DNA from: Gammaproteobacteria bacterium | GTDB lineage: Bacteria; Pseudomonadota; Gammaproteobacteria; UBA6429; Thiohalophilaceae | Assembly: GCA_016194635.1 (NCBI GenBank) | Contig: JACQBC010000018.1 | Coordinates: forward strand, 2,784-66,783 | Length of the DNA: 64,000 nt | Reading direction: 5' to 3' | Translations under genes and position numbers: made by a program | Shown: in pieces, positions 61,444 through 64,000 of the stretch | Layout of the letters: each line of letters begins with the position of its first letter | Numbering within the stretch: the first letter of the stretch is position 1 | Notes under the pieces: generated by a model | Databases searched by the model: none | The model's input: only the letters and a program-made list of their open reading frames with translations | What the model was told of the DNA's origin: nothing

Positions 61444-62229
61444 ATGTCAAAAATTAATATATTGATTTTTCTTGGTTTATTCTCCACGTTGGGGATAACC
61501 TGCCACGCCTCCGATAGCGAAAAAGAACAACGCTGGGAATCCCAAATCGTCGGCAGCCTAGCGGTAGGCGAACCCGTAAAACTCAAAACCGACAAAGGTG
61601 AATTCCTCGCCCTGTATACCCCAAGCTCGAAATCTGTGCAGGGCGCCGCGATTATCTTGCACGGGATGGGCGCCCATCCCGCCTGGCCGGAGGTGGTTGA
61701 GCCCTTACGCACCCAATTACCCGATCACGGTTGGCACACCCTCTCCTTGCAAATGCCGATACTGGCCAATGCCGCCGCGGCTGAAGACTACATACCGTTA
61801 CTCAACGAGGTCGCGCCGCGGATCAATGCCGGGGTTGCGTATTTAAAACAAAAAGGTATCAAACACATCGTCATTATCGCCCATAGCTTGGGCGCAGCCA
61901 TGGCGTCGTCGTACTTGGCCGACAAACCCGATCCGTTAATCCACGCGTTCGTTGGTATTGGTATGGGCAAGATCGAAGGCGATCCACGTTTGGACAACGC
62001 CGTGGCCCTGAGCAAGATTAAACTTCCGGTGCTGGATCTTTACGGCAGTCAAGATTTAGCGCCGGTACTGGACAACGCCAAGGCGCGCGCCGATGCCGCC
62101 GCTAAAGCCGGGAATAAACACTATACCCAATTCAGCGTCGCGGGCGCGGACCATTTTTTTACTCAAATGGATGATGAATTGGTGAAACGGGTGCGAGGCT
62201 GGTTGAGTAAACATGCGGCGGGGAAGTGA
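61444..62229 (+). CDS. DUF3530-like alpha/beta hydrolase-fold protein (periplasmic)
   Basis: Signal peptide after MSKINILIF and the nucleophile-elbow-like IIAHSLGA. Confidence 0.55.
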   Translation: MSKINILIFLGLFSTLGITCHASDSEKEQRWESQIVGSLAVGEPVKLKTDKGEFLALYTPSSKSVQGAAIILHGMGAHPAWPEVVEPLRTQLPDHGWHTLSLQMPILANAAAAEDYIPLLNEVAPRINAGVAYLKQKGIKHIVIIAHSLGAAMASSYLADKPDPLIHAFVGIGMGKIEGDPRLDNAVALSKIKLPVLDLYGSQDLAPVLDNAKARADAAAKAGNKHYTQFSVAGADHFFTQMDDELVKRVRGWLSKHAAGK

Positions 62230-62231
62230 GT

Positions 62232-62535
62232 GGCTACGTTGAAGCGCATAATAGCGAATCGCATAGCCGATTCCTGGATCTACACCTAATTCCTCCGCAC
62301 GTCGTGATGGCAATGTAATACCGATCTGACGTTGGATTTCTTCGTAGCACAGACCAGGAGACGCTCGCCAAAAGACAGACACCCCTTGGATATCATTATG
62401 CTGCGGATAGGGGTTTATTCTGATGTAGAGGAGTTTATAATCCTGCTGCGATTTTACCAGATGGTATAGATAATAGCCCCCACCGCTTCCCCCTGGGCGT
62501 ATGTCACTCGCAAGCCATTTATGTTTTGGTTGCAA
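62232..62535 (-). pseudogene. Truncated third copy of the tandem small-secreted-protein cassette
   Basis: Homologous to the middle of copies A and B (GGGYY..DYKL..INP.P..NDIQG....W...PGL.YEEIQ). It lacks the signal-peptide N-terminus and reads through the repeat from a TTG. The 3' part diverges and overlaps the DUF3530 gene. Confidence 0.5.
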
Positions 62536-62599
62536 GTTAATTCATATAGCGTATGGAGTGGCGCACATCCACACACTCCACTACCACCACCGCACCACT

Positions 62600-63130
62600 T
62601 CAATCCGGGTGCACAAAGGGAAAGCAATGTATGTCGATCTGGGTACATGTGTCATAGCTGTTCTTAGTACAAAGAATCGCAACTTCATCAAGCGTTGGCA
62701 AACCGTTACTATACTTATATTCCAGCAGAGAATAACGTGACTCAGATCCATCTTCACTACTATGAATCTCTTTTGAACCACGTGGAGGTAAACTAAGTCC
62801 CACTAACTGCTGAATTTCTTCGTAGGTTAAACCAGGTTTCTTCCAATGAATAGAAAAACCTTGGATATCACTCAACGTCGGTTGAGGGTTTATCCTCATA
62901 CTAATCAGTTTATAGTCTGTGCTTAGTCCGGGTTGATAATATTTATAATATTCACCACCACCTCCCGCGTCTTCCAGTCCGAGTTTTTTTATCAAGGCTA
63001 CCACCGTTGGGTCGGTTTTCTCCTTACGGCAATACTCGTAAATCCGGTAAACCCCCGAAGACGGGGATTGAGCACAGGCAACCGCGTTCCCTAGCAGGGT
63101 TATCAAAACACAAACGGTTTTAATTTGCAT
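62600..63130 (-). CDS. Small secreted (possibly lipo-)protein, tandem cassette copy B (176 aa)
   Basis: Signal peptide MQIKTVCVLITLLGNAVACAQSP and 4 further Cys. Its N-terminal half is near-identical to copy A. Confidence 0.65.
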   Translation of the reverse strand: MQIKTVCVLITLLGNAVACAQSPSSGVYRIYEYCRKEKTDPTVVALIKKLGLEDAGGGGEYYKYYQPGLSTDYKLISMRINPQPTLSDIQGFSIHWKKPGLTYEEIQQLVGLSLPPRGSKEIHSSEDGSESRYSLLEYKYSNGLPTLDEVAILCTKNSYDTCTQIDIHCFPFVHPD

Positions 63131-63244
63131 GCTATCTCCCGTCCACTGACCAATGTGATGCGTCATTGAGTAATTTGTGAATCTCATAGGTTTTGGCCAC
63201 GGCGCACAGTTTCTCATTACCTCTTGGCTTACTAGAGTCGCCTC

Positions 63245-63330
63245 CATTTATGTTTTAGTTGCAAGTTAATTCATATAGCGTATGGAGTGGCGCACAGCCG
63301 CACACTCCACCACCACAGCCATACACTTTA
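63245..63330. repeat. ~85-bp inter-cassette repeat (second copy at 62505..62590)
   Basis: CCATTTATGTTTT(G/A)GTTGCAAGTTAATTCATATAGCGTATGGAGTGGCGCACA... occurs downstream of each copy's stop and contains a GGAGTG/CACTCC hairpin. Confidence 0.7.
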
Positions 63331-63858
63331 ATCCGGGTGTACAAACTCAAAACAATCAATATCAATTTGGGTGCACGCGTCGTAACTATTCTTTTCACAG
63401 ATCACTGTAATATCGCTTAGCGCGGGTAGTTTATCGTCATACTTGTACCCTGTGACACGGTAGCGTGATTCAAAGTTGAGTCCCCCTACATGAAGTTCTT
63501 TTGCGCCTCGTGGCGGCAAAGCAAACCCAACCAACTGCTGGATTTCTTCGTAGGTCAACCCAGGTTTTTTCCAGCTAATGGAAAAACCCTGGATATCATT
63601 GAGTGTCGGCTGCGGATTTATCGTCACACTAACGAGTTTATAATCGGTACGCGATTGGGGTTGATAATATTTATAATATTCACCACCACCTCCCGCGTCC
63701 TCCAGCCCAAGTTTTTTTATCAAGGCTACCACCGTTGGGTCGGTTTTCTCCTTTCGGCAATACTCGTAAATCCGGTAAACCCCCGAAGACGGGGATTGAG
63801 CACAGGCAACCGCGTTCCCTAGCAGGGTTATCAAAACACAAACGGTTTTAATTTGCAT
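63328..63858 (-). CDS. Small secreted (possibly lipo-)protein, tandem cassette copy A (176 aa)
   Basis: Same signal peptide and N-terminal half as copy B. C-terminal half about 60% identical. Confidence 0.65.
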   Translation of the reverse strand: MQIKTVCVLITLLGNAVACAQSPSSGVYRIYEYCRKEKTDPTVVALIKKLGLEDAGGGGEYYKYYQPQSRTDYKLVSVTINPQPTLNDIQGFSISWKKPGLTYEEIQQLVGFALPPRGAKELHVGGLNFESRYRVTGYKYDDKLPALSDITVICEKNSYDACTQIDIDCFEFVHPD

Positions 63859-64000
63859 ATTATTTCCCATCCACCGACCAATGCGGCGCGTCAGTGAGAA
63901 GCTTGTGTACACCGTAGCTTTCAGCCACGGTGCGCAGTTTCGCATTCCCCGCCGGCTCCCCGCGCTGGCCACCGTGACGAGGGGTCGTATCGATTTTATG

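Noticed and set aside
62505-63330. Integron attC sites between the tandem cassettes
   Set aside because: The 85-bp repeats lack recognisable RYYYAAC/GTTRRRY core pairs. No intI is in the window. The duplicated unit includes the gene's own promoter region, which fits simple tandem duplication better.
1-64000. CRISPR arrays
   Set aside because: No regularly spaced short direct repeats were seen anywhere. The only tandem repeats are the ~736-bp gene cassettes at the 3' end.

Overview
High-GC gammaproteobacterial chromosome segment, about 60% GC in the core with lower-GC patches. Core content: (i) a purine catabolism and salvage supercluster on both strands (about 10.3-31.1 kb). One long minus-strand run carries hiuH-xdhA-xdhB-xdhC, a two-ATPase-domain ABC transporter, the membrane cytochrome c urate hydroxylase puuD, guaD, alc and allA. 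The divergent plus-strand genes are puuE-uraD, a Tsx-like outer membrane channel, a BMP-family nucleoside-binding protein, add, an amidohydrolase and a CDA-fold deaminase. (ii) Housekeeping genes: tRNA-Gln, rplM-rpsI, an ABC-2 exporter, glcF-like, coq7, cbpAM, tal, rtcB, an SPFH protein, speD, crp/vfr, a split trpE-trpG / trpD-trpC operon, gph, rpe. Accessory or unusual parts: (a) a 5' island (about 0.6-5.3 kb) bounded by an IS3-family transposase remnant. It encodes a Sec-secreted lipase with an unknown C-terminal domain, two paralogous small Cys-containing secreted proteins plus a 36-aa signal-peptide-only ORF, and further small secreted proteins. It sits next to a LuxR-type response regulator / hybrid histidine kinase pair. 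(b) A degenerate tRNA-Lys-like gene and a tRNA 3'-fragment-like sequence next to an ArfA-like small ORF, an XRE-HTH protein with an overlapping 44-aa ORF, and a low-GC speD. (c) A MITE-like inverted-repeat element inserted between trpG and trpD. (d) A tandem cassette array of near-identical small signal-peptide proteins at the 3' end, with a truncated third copy. (e) Candidate operator palindromes for the TetR regulator and in the hiuH/puuE divergent promoter. No CRISPR array, intact IS element or integrase was seen.
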